Below are positions 19,526-30,293 of a stretch of 64,000 nucleotides of DNA, in pieces. Position numbers and translations under genes: made by a program. How positions within the stretch are numbered: position 1 is the stretch's first letter; each line of letters starts with the position of its first letter. The DNA is taken from positions 1,600,001 to 1,664,000 of the forward strand of contig CAWCAG010000005.1 in NCBI GenBank assembly GCA_963793425.1, given 5' to 3'. This stretch comes from an uncultured cyanobacterium (GTDB lineage Bacteria > Cyanobacteriota > Cyanobacteriia > Cyanobacteriales > CAWCAG01). The notes beneath the pieces were generated by a model that was given only the letters and a program-made list of their open reading frames with translations, was not told the DNA's origin and ran no database searches.

Positions 19526-21709
19526 TTGAGTTGGATTGAACAATCCGGAATTAAGAGCATTGAGTTGAGTGAGTTAGGAACCTATGACCAATATATGCGA
19601 TCTCGTCCTCAATTACCGAAGGATGAGCGCATTGTTATTGTCGGTATTGATGAGGCAGATTTACAAGAAATCGGTCAAGGAATTATTGCTGATGAGGTTT
19701 ATGCCCGACTCCTCAAAAAAATTAAAGACCAGAAACCAAGGGCGATTGGCTTAGATATTTATCGTGATTTACCTGTACCTCCAGGTGAAGAGGACTTAGT
19801 TAAAGTATTTGAGTCTACAGATAATTTAGTCGGTATTGAAAAAGTTATTGGTGACAACAAAAGAGAAAGGGTTGCACCACCCCCAGTTTTAGCTAAAAAG
19901 GGTCAGGTGGGAGCAAATAATGTGGTTACTAATGCAGGGCAAACCGTAAGAAGAGGTTTGTTGTCTTTGCACCGAGAGAATGGAGAGGTTGTTTTTGGTT
20001 TTGCTTTCTATCTAGCTTTACTTTATTTAGATGCTGAAGGTATTAGTCCAGAGAATTTGGCTAAAAGCGGAGATATTTGGCGACTTGGAGATTCGGTTTT
20101 TTCTCCTTTGGAAAGCTACGACGGTGGTTATGTAAATACTGATGCTGGAGGCTATCAAATTTTACTTAACTATCGGGGGGCAAAAAACAAGTTCTCTACC
20201 TATTCTTTAACGGAAGTTCTTAATGATCAAGTACCAAAAAATTGGGGACGAGATCGCATTGTGATGATTGGTGCGGTAGGTGAAAGTTTTAATGATAACT
20301 TCTTTACTCCCTTTTCAGGAGGACTATTTACTAGTCCTGAACCAATGCCAGGAGTAGAAATACACGCCCCACTTACTAGTCAAATTCTTAGCGCAGCTTT
20401 AAATAATCGTCCTTTAATTAGTACTTGGTCTGAACCTTTAGAGTTATTATGGATTTTGTTTTGGTCTGGAGTTGGTAGCGTTACTTTTTGGCAAGGACGT
20501 TATACAATTCAGCGTAAATATTTCTTGTTTTTGAAAGTTGTCGGAGTTATTATTGCTGTAATTGTGTTAGTAGGTAGCACTTATTTAGCCTTTCTTAATA
20601 GTTGGTGGTTGCCAGTTGTACCACCTTTATTAGCCTTAGTTGGTTCTGGTGTCACTATTACTGCTTATGTATCTCAAAATGCAGGTAAACTTCGCAAAAC
20701 ATTTGGACGCTATCTCACAGACGAAGTGGTAGCTAATTTATTAGAAAACCCTCAAGGTTTAGAGTTAGGAGGAAAGCGACAAAAGATAACGATATTAACC
20801 TCAGATTTACGAGGTTTTACAGCACTTTCTGAACGTCTTTCTCCTAAAGAAGTTGTCAAAATTCTCAACATTTACCTCGAAGAAATGTTGACAGAAATAG
20901 CCAATTATCGGGGGACTGTGGATAAATTTATGGGGGATGGCATACTAGTACTTTTTGGTGTTCCCACCCTCAGAGAAGACGATGCCCAAAGGGCCATTGC
21001 TTGTGGAATCGCTATGCAATTAGCGATGGCTAAAGTAAATAGCAAAATGAAGCAAATAGCTGGTCCTATTTTGGAAATGGGCATTGGCATCAATACAGGA
21101 GAGTGTGTAGCAGGAAATATTGGTTCAGAAAAGCATACTGAATATACAGTTATTGGCAACCAAGTAAATCTTACCTTTCGTATTGAAACCTATACTACAG
21201 GAAGCCAAATTCTTATTTCTGAATCTACCTTAGAAGAAGCTGGAGTAACTTCTGTAAAAATTAGTGGAGAAAAATGGGTACAATCTAAAGGTGTAAAAAA
21301 ACCTATTACTGTTTATGAAGTAGGAGGAATAGAAGGAAAATACAACCTATTTCTTAATAAAGAAGAAGAGTTATTTGTTCCTATTCCGGTGGAAATTCCT
21401 TTACTTTATCAAGTGGTTTCTGGTAAACAGCTTAATGAGGAAATTTTAAAAGGCAGTTTAGTGAGGATTTCTGCTAAGGGGGCAGAGATTCGCGCTGAAA
21501 AAGGAGCAATAAATTCTGTTCCTGAATCTTTGAGTAATATTAAACTGAATTTATTAAAAAAAGGCGACCATGCAGAAATCAGCGAAGATATTTATGCCAA
21601 AGTATTGGAAGAAAGCACCTCAGAAAGAACTTTTTGCATTAAGTTCACAGCCATGCCTCCTGCGGTATCAGAAAGATTAGATGCTCTTTACAAGTTTCTT
21701 ACTAGTTAA
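19526..21709 (+). CDS. CHASE2-domain class III adenylate cyclase (5' end uncertain)
   Basis: CHASE2 motifs (IVIVGIDE, IGLDIYRD, PGVEIHA), three TM helices, SDLRGFT, KFMGD, GINTG, GNQVN. Confidence 0.9.
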   Translation: MSWIEQSGIKSIELSELGTYDQYMRSRPQLPKDERIVIVGIDEADLQEIGQGIIADEVYARLLKKIKDQKPRAIGLDIYRDLPVPPGEEDLVKVFESTDNLVGIEKVIGDNKRERVAPPPVLAKKGQVGANNVVTNAGQTVRRGLLSLHRENGEVVFGFAFYLALLYLDAEGISPENLAKSGDIWRLGDSVFSPLESYDGGYVNTDAGGYQILLNYRGAKNKFSTYSLTEVLNDQVPKNWGRDRIVMIGAVGESFNDNFFTPFSGGLFTSPEPMPGVEIHAPLTSQILSAALNNRPLISTWSEPLELLWILFWSGVGSVTFWQGRYTIQRKYFLFLKVVGVIIAVIVLVGSTYLAFLNSWWLPVVPPLLALVGSGVTITAYVSQNAGKLRKTFGRYLTDEVVANLLENPQGLELGGKRQKITILTSDLRGFTALSERLSPKEVVKILNIYLEEMLTEIANYRGTVDKFMGDGILVLFGVPTLREDDAQRAIACGIAMQLAMAKVNSKMKQIAGPILEMGIGINTGECVAGNIGSEKHTEYTVIGNQVNLTFRIETYTTGSQILISESTLEEAGVTSVKISGEKWVQSKGVKKPITVYEVGGIEGKYNLFLNKEEELFVPIPVEIPLLYQVVSGKQLNEEILKGSLVRISAKGAEIRAEKGAINSVPESLSNIKLNLLKKGDHAEISEDIYAKVLEESTSERTFCIKFTAMPPAVSERLDALYKFLTS

Positions 21710-21816
21710 AGAATTAATTATTTCAACAATAGATTAGCTTTTGCCACTAAACAAAAAACTAGTGACCACAAACCTGTATCTGTGGTGATTGATACTAACA
21801 ATTTGCAGTCAACTCC

Positions 21817-22551
21817 TTAAGCTTTGCCTTGTCGCTGTTGTCTCAAAATTGCTCCTAAACCAAAACAACCAAACAACAATAAACCTGCCGCTGCATTAGA
21901 CTCAGGGACTTCTACTCGTCTTTGTTCAAAACGCTGGTCGATGAAGGAAATAAATCCTCTAGAATTACCTTCGGCGATAATATCAATTTGATTCTTAATC
22001 CTAACTTTCTGCAATTCTGAACTAATGCCTTGATCATTAGCTTCTAAGGCAGGATCTTGCAGGTCAGGTATTGCACTTTCTGATGTGGGATTGCTAACAT
22101 TAAGCTTGCCAATAGTGTCACCATTCATGTTCTCAATGGTTTCCGTGACGCTGGTTTGAGCATTTTGTCCGACAAAAGCACCGTTGAAAGCTAATCTCGC
22201 CCCACTAATGACGAAATCGGGGTCTAATACTTCGACATTGTAATCTAAGAGAACTTCTAAGCTGGAGTCGCGCATTGCAGCAAAGCCACTCTGAAAACGC
22301 AATCCAAAAGGATCATCTTCATAAGTTATAACATTAATGCTATCGCAACTGCCTGGTCTAGCCATACCTGAAGCGGAAATTTGGCAAGAGAAATCACTAA
22401 ACTTCTTATCGCCAACAGTAATGCTACCTTCTTCTGTACCGAAGTTAGCTAACAAATCTCCTAAGCTAAAAGTAGCTGAGTGAGCAGGAATGGTTGTTAA
22501 CCCGATTACTGAAGCTGTGGTAAAAGCAATGGTAAATGCGCTTTTTAACAT
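21817..22551 (-). CDS. PEP-CTERM-like sorted exported protein (VPES variant)
   Basis: Signal peptide; C-terminal VPES, TM helix and basic tail. Confidence 0.8.
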   Translation of the reverse strand: MLKSAFTIAFTTASVIGLTTIPAHSATFSLGDLLANFGTEEGSITVGDKKFSDFSCQISASGMARPGSCDSINVITYEDDPFGLRFQSGFAAMRDSSLEVLLDYNVEVLDPDFVISGARLAFNGAFVGQNAQTSVTETIENMNGDTIGKLNVSNPTSESAIPDLQDPALEANDQGISSELQKVRIKNQIDIIAEGNSRGFISFIDQRFEQRRVEVPESNAAAGLLLFGCFGLGAILRQQRQGKA

Positions 22552-22629
22552 TATTGGTTAGTCCTTTCCTTAAGTCGTTCTTGTTACTGGAGTTTTTGAG
22601 TTGAAGCCTAATGATTAACTATGAAGCCA

Positions 22630-23391
22630 TTAGGGTTTATTTTGTTGCCGTTGCTTGCGCCAAAAAGAAGCTGTACCGACTAAACCTAAAGCAATTAATC
22701 CTGAAACTGTACCAGGTTCAGGAACTACTTCTTCGTCGTAGGTTTGAGTAATCATGCTGATTGAAGCCGTACCATCAAAAGCAGTGAGGAAAATATCTTT
22801 ACTTACTTCTGCTCTCTTGACTGGTCTGAGAAAATCAAAGTCTCCTTGCAAATCTGGTTCAAAATCCGGGTCGCTAAGGTCTGTTAGTTCATCGGAATTT
22901 GAGACGCTAAATTGCGCCACAATCTCGTCATCACTATCTGGATCACTAATCGTTTCTACGACAGCAGCTAAACCGTCTCCAGTGAAGCCCCCATCAAAAG
23001 CGATTCCAATGCTATCAATCATGCCGTTAGGATCGAGGGATTCGACGGTATAACCAAGTAGTACATCAATAAAAGCATTTTGTCCTGCAAAGAAATCTGC
23101 TTGGAATTTGATGCCTTCACCTAAAGTAATAACTTCTATGTCATCACAACTTTCAGGAGATGTCTCATCTCCAGCAAAAACAATATCACAGAAGAAGCCA
23201 CTAAATTCATGACCTGCGGCTGTTAAGGTTCCATTGCTATCGATCAGACTTTGTAAACTAACAGCCCCAACTGGTGCTGCTAACATCGCTGTTGTGGTAA
23301 CTGCTGTACCAAATATGGTTAATGCACTCTGACGAAACACCAAATTTTTCCCCTTTAAATCCATACTTGTAGATTTTGACCTGTTTACCAA
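22630..23391 (-). CDS. PEP-CTERM sorted exported protein
   Basis: Signal peptide; VPEPG, TM helix and RK tail; paralog of 21817-22551. Confidence 0.88.
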   Translation of the reverse strand: MVNRSKSTSMDLKGKNLVFRQSALTIFGTAVTTTAMLAAPVGAVSLQSLIDSNGTLTAAGHEFSGFFCDIVFAGDETSPESCDDIEVITLGEGIKFQADFFAGQNAFIDVLLGYTVESLDPNGMIDSIGIAFDGGFTGDGLAAVVETISDPDSDDEIVAQFSVSNSDELTDLSDPDFEPDLQGDFDFLRPVKRAEVSKDIFLTAFDGTASISMITQTYDEEVVPEPGTVSGLIALGLVGTASFWRKQRQQNKP

Positions 23392-23735
23392 AACAATTGG
23401 TTTAACAAATGCCTCAATATTCAGGTAACCAATGAGCCTTTTTTTATACTCTCTTTAAAGATATCTAATTTATCAAGGTCTGAATTATTCTTTGTCGAAT
23501 CTTTATTAAAAATCAGGGATAATCTTAACCTCATTACGTGTAAACCCGTAACATACAATAGCAGTCGAAAGGTTTTTACGTATTTACCTCTCTTTCTTAA
23601 GGAGTAAAGGAAATATCCTAGACCAGCAAAGAAACTCTAACCAGTAATTAAAGTTCATACCTTTTATAGGGTGAGAAGCCAGTCTTTAAGGGAATTAAAA
23701 TAGAAATATTCCTACGAATTTGACAGTGATTCCCC

Positions 23736-25133
23736 ATGACTCAGCCCGACAAGTTCAACAATATTGCTGCCAAGATTAGTCAGTGTTTAGCTCCCCACAA
23801 AATAACTTCAACAATGAGAATGCAAGATGGTTGCCTACAAATTGTTGTTGAAGCCAAACGAGTTCCTGATCAAGAGATAGTCATTTCTTCAATCCAAACA
23901 AAGTTGTTAGAACTCAATACCGATTCTTTACAAAAGATTGAGCTATACGGACTAAAAAAAGGAGATAAAATTCCTAGCTGGTATCAAGAGTTATCTCTCC
24001 AAAGTCCCTCTAATCTTGTGATACAAACTGAACCAGAACAACAATTTTCCTTGTTTAACTCCGTATTGGGAACTGTAGGGGAAACTGCTGAGCGAGCGAA
24101 AATGGCAGTGAAAGGAGGTGTAACGGGAGCAGCAGAAGTAGTGGCGGGTACAGCCACAGGAATGAGGAATGTGCTGGGTGGGGCAGCAGTCCAAGCAACT
24201 AAGGGCATGGGCTATGTGATTGATTTAGTCTCTAGTAATGCTCTGTTTGCTAAATTAACCAAAACTTTACCTGTAGATTGGTTAATTATTATTGATCGAG
24301 TTGATGTTAATAAAGCTGAAGCTGAAGTAAAGAAACTCCTCAAAAAGTATCCCCAAGATTCGCCGAGAGAAATTGCCCATCGTTTGATGGTGGAAAAGAG
24401 TATTTTGGTCGCCGGGACAGGAGTTGCTAGTAGTTTAGTCCCTGGAGCGGCTACAGCTATGTTTGCCCTAGATTTAGCCACAACCTTACTCTTACAAGCT
24501 GAGTTGGTTTATCAAATTGCCTGTGCCTATGGCTTAGATTTAGAAGAAGATGCCAGGAAAGCAGAAGTACTAGCTATTTTTGGTATCGGTTTAGGAGGAG
24601 GGCAAGCTTTAAAAGTGGGGGCTACATATGCTGCGAAAGCTAGTCAAGGTTTTTTACGCAATATACCCATCGCCGGGCCAGTTATTGGGGGCAGTAGTAA
24701 TGCAGTTATGCTCTATTCTTTAGGCTATGCGGCTTGTAGTTTTTATGAAGCCAAAGTCAATCCTTTGAATTCTGAAGCAGCTTTAGCCGCCTCCCAAGCT
24801 GAGGGGCAAAAATATTTAGAAGCGGCGATCGCTCAAGAAGTGATTATGGATCAAGTATTAGCTCATGTCGTTGCTGCAGCCCACCCAGACAAAAGTTGGG
24901 AAGAGATTCTACCGCAACTAGAAACCTTAAACTTAAGTCGTAAATCCTTAGAGGCGATCGCTGATAATATTGATTCGCCAGAGCCACTAGAAGCCTTGTT
25001 AGAGCAAGTTAACAGCGATTTTGCTGCACCTCTTTTAGCTCAATGTTACAAAATTGCTCAACTAGAAGCAGAAATAACTCCCCAAGAAAGCGAAATATTA
25101 GAGAAGATTAATCAAAAGTTGAATGATGGCTAG
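23736..25133 (+). CDS. EcsC/DUF697-like hypothetical protein
   Basis: LQAELVYQIACAYGLDL...EVLAIFG motif and Gly/Ala-rich helices. Confidence 0.65.
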   Translation: MTQPDKFNNIAAKISQCLAPHKITSTMRMQDGCLQIVVEAKRVPDQEIVISSIQTKLLELNTDSLQKIELYGLKKGDKIPSWYQELSLQSPSNLVIQTEPEQQFSLFNSVLGTVGETAERAKMAVKGGVTGAAEVVAGTATGMRNVLGGAAVQATKGMGYVIDLVSSNALFAKLTKTLPVDWLIIIDRVDVNKAEAEVKKLLKKYPQDSPREIAHRLMVEKSILVAGTGVASSLVPGAATAMFALDLATTLLLQAELVYQIACAYGLDLEEDARKAEVLAIFGIGLGGGQALKVGATYAAKASQGFLRNIPIAGPVIGGSSNAVMLYSLGYAACSFYEAKVNPLNSEAALAASQAEGQKYLEAAIAQEVIMDQVLAHVVAAAHPDKSWEEILPQLETLNLSRKSLEAIADNIDSPEPLEALLEQVNSDFAAPLLAQCYKIAQLEAEITPQESEILEKINQKLNDG

Positions 25134-25269
25134 TTGAATGATGGCTAATGGCTAATGGCTAGTGGCTAGTGGCTAGTTGCTAATAGTTTTCTCCCTAGTT
25201 CCCTAGCTCCCCAGCTCCCTAGTTCCCTAGCTCCCTAGTTCCCTAGCTCCCTAGTTCCCTAGCTCCCTA
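25126..25269. repeat. Composite tandem repeats: (TGGCTAR)n heptamers then about ten (YTCCCTAG) octamers
   Basis: Heptamers at 25126-25183, octamers at 25191-25269. Confidence 0.9.
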
Positions 25270-25278
25270 TTCTGAAAT

Positions 25279-26304
25279 ATGTCCCGTTCCAAAGCTCTAC
25301 AATACTACGTCCTAACCCGCCTTTTCCTTGCCCCTTTGATGTTATTAACCATTACCACCTTGGTTTTTCTGCTATTGAGGGCAACTCCAGGAGATCCTGC
25401 TGATGCTATTTTAGGCGCACGCGCTCCGGAATCGGCTAAGGTGGCTTTGAGGGAAGATTTAGGACTGAATAATCCTCTTTGGTTGCAATATCTTAACTAC
25501 CTTAAGCAATTGCTCAGCTTAGATTTAGGCTCTTCTTTAACCAGTAGAGGTCAGTCAGTCTGGGAAACTATTCTACAGTATTTTCCTGCTACTGTAGAAT
25601 TATCCTTTTTTGGTATGGCGATCGCCGTGCTTGTCGGTGTAAGTGTAGGGATGCTTTCTGCTTCTCGACCAGGTACTATTTTTGATGTTGGAGGTCGTTT
25701 ATTTGGCATCATCACCTATTCTTTACCTTTATTTTGGGTAGGGATGATTGTACAGTTAATTTTCTCTGTGCAGTTAGGTTGGTTTCCTTTAGGAACCCGC
25801 TTTCCTGTGAGTAGTCTGCCGCCGGAAACTATTACGGGGTTATACACCGTTGATAGCATTTTAAGGGGAAATATCAGCCAATTATTAATAGCCCTCCACT
25901 ACCTCGCCTTACCTTGTATATCTTTAGGTGTTCTTCTTAGTGGCATATTTGAGCGCATTGTTAGGGTTAATCTTAAACAAACCCTACAAGCCGATTATGT
26001 TGAAGCAGCGAGGGCAAGGGGTATTTCTGAAAAGGCAATACTCTTTAACCACGCCCTGAAGAATGCTCTTATTCCTGTAATTACGGTATTGGGCTTAACT
26101 TTTGCTGCTTTGTTAGGAGGGGCTGTTTTGACAGAAGTTACTTTTTCTTGGCCTGGTTTAGGTAATCGTCTTTACGAAGCGATCTCCTTGCGGGATTATC
26201 CGACTGTACAAGGAATTATGGTCTTTTTCGGTGGCATTGTTGTAGTTGCTAGTATTTTAATCGATATTGTTAATGCCTATATTGATCCACGTATTCGTTA
26301 TTAG
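25279..26304 (+). CDS. dppB: Peptide/nickel ABC transporter permease (DppB-like)
   Basis: PGDPA, PATVEL, DYVEAARARG EAA loop, FSWPGLG, RDYP. Confidence 0.88.
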   Translation: MSRSKALQYYVLTRLFLAPLMLLTITTLVFLLLRATPGDPADAILGARAPESAKVALREDLGLNNPLWLQYLNYLKQLLSLDLGSSLTSRGQSVWETILQYFPATVELSFFGMAIAVLVGVSVGMLSASRPGTIFDVGGRLFGIITYSLPLFWVGMIVQLIFSVQLGWFPLGTRFPVSSLPPETITGLYTVDSILRGNISQLLIALHYLALPCISLGVLLSGIFERIVRVNLKQTLQADYVEAARARGISEKAILFNHALKNALIPVITVLGLTFAALLGGAVLTEVTFSWPGLGNRLYEAISLRDYPTVQGIMVFFGGIVVVASILIDIVNAYIDPRIRY

Positions 26305-26398
26305 TAAAAAAGGAAGTGAAGCTAAGTAATAAGTGATAAGTCATAAGTAATAAGTTTTGATGTAAAGATAATTACTTCAGTTTGTCAGGGTTAAGTCT

Positions 26399-26998
26399 AT
26401 GCTAGTGTTAAATATTAAAAATGTTAAACGTTGTTTATTAAGTCATAAGACAGCGGGCGAGAGAAAGATAGTTAAGGGTATAGCTTATCAAAAAAAGCTA
26501 TACGTTAAGGGAGAATCGTACCCTCTGGATCGTGGTAAAGATGCTCTTCAACGCAGCCGAGAGATTTATTTACAAAACAAAGGCAAAGTAGAGTGTTTGG
26601 TAGTAGAAGGGAAAAAAGGTTTTACTCTTTGGTATCAAAATGATTATGCCAAAGTAGTTAAAAAGTCCAAAACCACTGATGTGGTTTCCAAGATTGATCT
26701 AAGAAAATTAGTGACTAAGATGCGGGATATTGACGGCATATCTATTCAAGATCGCCGTCACAAGCTTAAGGTTTATGACCGCTGTTTCATTGGTAGTGAA
26801 GCGATAGCTTGGTTTAGGAGAAAGTTAAAACTTTCCTCAGAACAAGCAATTAAGTTGGGGCAAAGATTAATGGATGAAGATTGGATTCATCACGTATTAG
26901 ATGAGCAAAATTTTGCTGATGATGATTATTTTTACCGTTTTTATTGGGATGAAACCCCAATAAATAGTGAGGAGCAGTCTGTTACTGGAAAGCTGTAA
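26399..26998 (+). CDS. DEP-domain-containing protein
   Basis: C-terminal DRRHKLKVYDRCFIGSEAIAW...AIKLGQRL..WIHHV...F.D..YFYRF. Confidence 0.85.
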   Translation: MLVLNIKNVKRCLLSHKTAGERKIVKGIAYQKKLYVKGESYPLDRGKDALQRSREIYLQNKGKVECLVVEGKKGFTLWYQNDYAKVVKKSKTTDVVSKIDLRKLVTKMRDIDGISIQDRRHKLKVYDRCFIGSEAIAWFRRKLKLSSEQAIKLGQRLMDEDWIHHVLDEQNFADDDYFYRFYWDETPINSEEQSVTGKL

Positions 26999-27581
26999 TC
27001 ATTGATTAGTAAAACTGCAAGTTACCCTGCTTGCCACTGCCTATCTGCCTCAATCAATAACGAAACAGCACCATATCTGGGGTGAGGGGTGATACCCCCT
27101 GGATAAAAAAGAATTAAGAAGATAGTATGTCTAATACGCTAGACATTACTAGTCAACTCTGGTTAAGGACATTATCTTAAGAAGTCAGCTCTTGCTAAAA
27201 ATAGTAGACTTTTGCTTTTTAAAATATGTTCCATTCCATATCTAGCAATTTCAGGGCAAGAAAAGAGGGTTATTAAACAACCTCTTAATCAGCTTAATTC
27301 AGATTGCATCTACCCAGAGAAATATAGCATCTTAAACAAAAAGGGTCTACCCCCGTAAAATCTATTTTCTAAAATTGACATGGATTACTTTACTAAACTT
27401 AACCTAGCCTCAAGGCAAAAAAAGGAAAGCTGTAAAAGTAAATCTCTCAGTTGTTAAGGTGAATCTACTAACTAAATTGCAATAAGACAATTTGAAATCA
27501 GGGTCTTTAGCTCTTTCCTACCTTGGGTTTAGGGCATTAGCTACAAGAAAATGGGTCAAATAGTCCTTCATTTTATCTCAT

Positions 27582-27638
27582 AAAGAAAAAGAGAGCCGTA
27601 AATTAGTGGCTCTCCCAAATCATCAGGGTGCATCTACT
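27582..27638 (-). ncRNA. Candidate ~57-nt small RNA with NsiR1-like 5' motif
   Basis: TATAAT at 27645-27650 on the minus strand, then AGTAGATGCACCCTGATGATTTGG, a GAGAGCC/GGCTCTC hairpin and a U-tract. Confidence 0.6.
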
Positions 27639-27658
27639 TATCACATTATAACTATTTC

Positions 27659-27686
27659 AAAAAGGGGGGCGTAACCCCTTTTTTTT
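27659..27686. terminator. Terminator downstream of gatB
   Basis: aaaaaggggggcgtaacccctttttttt. Confidence 0.75.
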
Positions 27687-27691
27687 GGAAG

Positions 27692-29179
27692 TTACCCTTG
27701 CAGTTTTTTGCCTAGTAACTGATTAGTCAACTTCGGATCGGCTCTACCGCTAGTTTTCTTCATCACTTGACCTACAAAAAAGCCACGGATTTTTGTTTTA
27801 CCGCTGCGAAACTGCTCTACTTTGTCAGCATTGGCTCCTAAGATTTCATCAATAATTTTTTCGATTTCCGCTGTATCGGAGATTTGTACCAGTCCCTTCT
27901 TCTCAACTAACTCTTGGGCTGAACCACCTTTAACTAATAGTTCAGGTAGAATTTCCTTAGCGATTTTACCGCTAATAGTACCTTTTTCAATCAAACCAAT
28001 CAACTCAGCTAAGCTCTCAGAAGTGAGAGCAATTTCAGTGATATTTAACTTATTATTATTCAAATAAGCAGCAACATCTCCCATCACCCAGTTAGCAGCT
28101 TGTTTAGGATTAGCACCATTTTGCACTACAGTCTCAAAATACTCAGCTATAGTGCGGTCGTCGGTTAAAACCCTAGCATCATAAGCAGAAAGCCCCAAAC
28201 TATTTTCATAATCATGGCGTTTTTTGGCTGGGAGTTCTGGTAATTCAGCTTCCCACTGGGCTAATTGGGTTTGAGAAACTTCAATAGGAGGTAAATCCGG
28301 TTCGGGGAAATAGCGATAATCACTAGAACCTTCCTTAATTCGCATACTTACAGTACACTGGTTACCTTCTTGCCAAAGGCGAGTTTCTTGGAGGATGATT
28401 TCTCCTGTTTCCAATGCTTTGATTTGTCGTTCAATTTCGTAATCAATGGCTTTTTGAATAGCACTAAAGGAATTCATATTCTTGATTTCTACTTTAGTAC
28501 CAAACTCTTTCTGCCCTACAGGACGAACAGAAACATTGACATCACAACGCAAAGAGCCTTCCTGCATATTACCATCGCCAATGCCCAAATAGCGAACAAT
28601 ACGACGCAATTCCTGTCCATACTCTGCGGCTTCTTGTCCCGAACGAATATCCGGTTCAGAAACAATTTCTAATAAGGGAATCCCAGCCCGGTTAAAATCA
28701 ACTAAAGAACAGGTAGAACCAGATAGGCGATCGCTACCAACATGGACTAGTTTACCTGCATCTTCTTCCATATGCAGACGAGTAATGCCAATCTTTTTCT
28801 TGATTGGTTCCTCTCCTTGTTGATCTACTAATTCAATGTCTAGCCAACCATGTTCAGCAATAGGCAAGTCGTACTGAGAAATTTGATAGTTTTTCGGTAA
28901 GTCGGGATAAAAATATTGCTTACGGTCAAATTTGCTATAAGGGGCAATTTGACAATTGAGGGCTAAGCCGGCTTTAACCGCGTACTCTAGCACCTTTTCG
29001 TTTAAAACAGGTAAGACCCCAGGATAACCAAGGCAAATAGGAGAAATATTCGAGTTGGGGGGCTTGCCAAATTCTGTGGATTCGCGACTGAAAATTTTAG
29101 TTTTAGTATTAAGCTGACAGTGGGTTTCTAAACCAATTATCGCTTCGTACTTAGTTTTGGTTGCTGTAGCGCTGGTCAT
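27692..29179 (-). CDS. gatB: Asp/Glu-tRNA amidotransferase subunit B
   Basis: [41 protein letters not shown]. Confidence 0.98.
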   Translation of the reverse strand: MTSATATKTKYEAIIGLETHCQLNTKTKIFSRESTEFGKPPNSNISPICLGYPGVLPVLNEKVLEYAVKAGLALNCQIAPYSKFDRKQYFYPDLPKNYQISQYDLPIAEHGWLDIELVDQQGEEPIKKKIGITRLHMEEDAGKLVHVGSDRLSGSTCSLVDFNRAGIPLLEIVSEPDIRSGQEAAEYGQELRRIVRYLGIGDGNMQEGSLRCDVNVSVRPVGQKEFGTKVEIKNMNSFSAIQKAIDYEIERQIKALETGEIILQETRLWQEGNQCTVSMRIKEGSSDYRYFPEPDLPPIEVSQTQLAQWEAELPELPAKKRHDYENSLGLSAYDARVLTDDRTIAEYFETVVQNGANPKQAANWVMGDVAAYLNNNKLNITEIALTSESLAELIGLIEKGTISGKIAKEILPELLVKGGSAQELVEKKGLVQISDTAEIEKIIDEILGANADKVEQFRSGKTKIRGFFVGQVMKKTSGRADPKLTNQLLGKKLQG

Positions 29180-29267
29180 AGATTTAGTTCCGGGCCGTAA
29201 ATCTTTTTTTTCTGAATTATCAATACTATTTTATCTTCACATTACTCAAAACCAATCAATCAGAAAT

Positions 29268-29310
29268 AGCAAAAAACCCTACACTAATTATCAAGTGCAG
29301 GGTTTTTGCT
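29268..29310 (-). terminator. Terminator downstream of tRNA-fMet
   Basis: agcaaaaaaccctacact...agtgcagggtttttgct inverted repeat. Confidence 0.75.
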
Positions 29311-29319
29311 TTTTTTATT

Positions 29320-29396
<77 letters not shown>

Positions 29397-29447
29397 TCGC
29401 CTTAACTAGTATAGACGCAAAGTGTTCTACTTGACAACTTTTATTTT

Positions 29448-30191
29448 TCAGCCATGATCATACAAATCCTCAACTTGCCTGTCAGTAAGCTTTTGCGCTG
29501 GAGTATCAAATAAAATACCTCCAGCTTTTAAACCAATAATACGTTGATAGTGGCTGCGGGCGAACTCAATATTGTGGAGACTCGTAATTAGGGTTTTGTT
29601 CATTTCGGCACTGAGATGGCGTAACAAGTCCATAATTTCTTGCGATCGCTGTTGATCTAAACTAGAAATTGGTTCGTCAGCTAAAATAACGGCGGGATTC
29701 TGCACTAAAATACGCGCGATCGCCACTCTTTGTTGCTGCCCCCCCGAAAGGCTATCAGTACGTTGGTGAATTTTCTCTGGTATGCCCACTTTTGTTAAAG
29801 CTTGGGTAGCTGTTTTTAGTTCCAGAGGATAAATTAAGGATAAAGCAGCTTTGAAGAAAGACCAATGCCCTAAATGCCCTGCATTAACGTTATGAATAAC
29901 CCGCAGATTATCTACTAAATGAAACTGTTGGTAAATAGTACCAATTTGTCTTTGAATGCGCCGTCTTTGTCTAATCTTTAAGCGGTTAAAATTACTTCCA
30001 AAAGCCCAAATTTCTCCTTGAGTTGGTTGCAAGGTTCCATTTAATAAAGCAATTAAAGTACTTTTGCCAGCCCCAGAAGCCCCCACCAAAGCAACTCTTT
30101 CCCCTGCTTGAATTTGGAGATTAATCTCTGTTAAACAAGGGAAACGATTGAATTTCTGAGTAACATTTTTTAGTTCAAAAATAGGGGACAA
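29448..30191 (-). CDS. phnC: PhnC-like ABC transporter ATP-binding protein
   Basis: GASGAGKST, LRVIHNVNAGHLG, LSGGQQQRVAIAR, ADEPISSLD. Confidence 0.85.
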   Translation of the reverse strand: MSPIFELKNVTQKFNRFPCLTEINLQIQAGERVALVGASGAGKSTLIALLNGTLQPTQGEIWAFGSNFNRLKIRQRRRIQRQIGTIYQQFHLVDNLRVIHNVNAGHLGHWSFFKAALSLIYPLELKTATQALTKVGIPEKIHQRTDSLSGGQQQRVAIARILVQNPAVILADEPISSLDQQRSQEIMDLLRHLSAEMNKTLITSLHNIEFARSHYQRIIGLKAGGILFDTPAQKLTDRQVEDLYDHG

Positions 30192-30273
30192 TTGGTAATG
30201 GCTAATGGCTAGTTGCTAGTTGCTAATTATTATATCTCCCCATCTCCCCAGCTCCCCAGCTCCCTAGCTCCCC
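30191..30273. repeat. Composite heptamer (TKGCTAR) and octamer (CTCCCCAG) tandem repeats
   Basis: Same two repeat families as at 25126-25269. Confidence 0.8.
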
Positions 30274-30293
30274 GTCCGTCCCTCCATTGGCTG

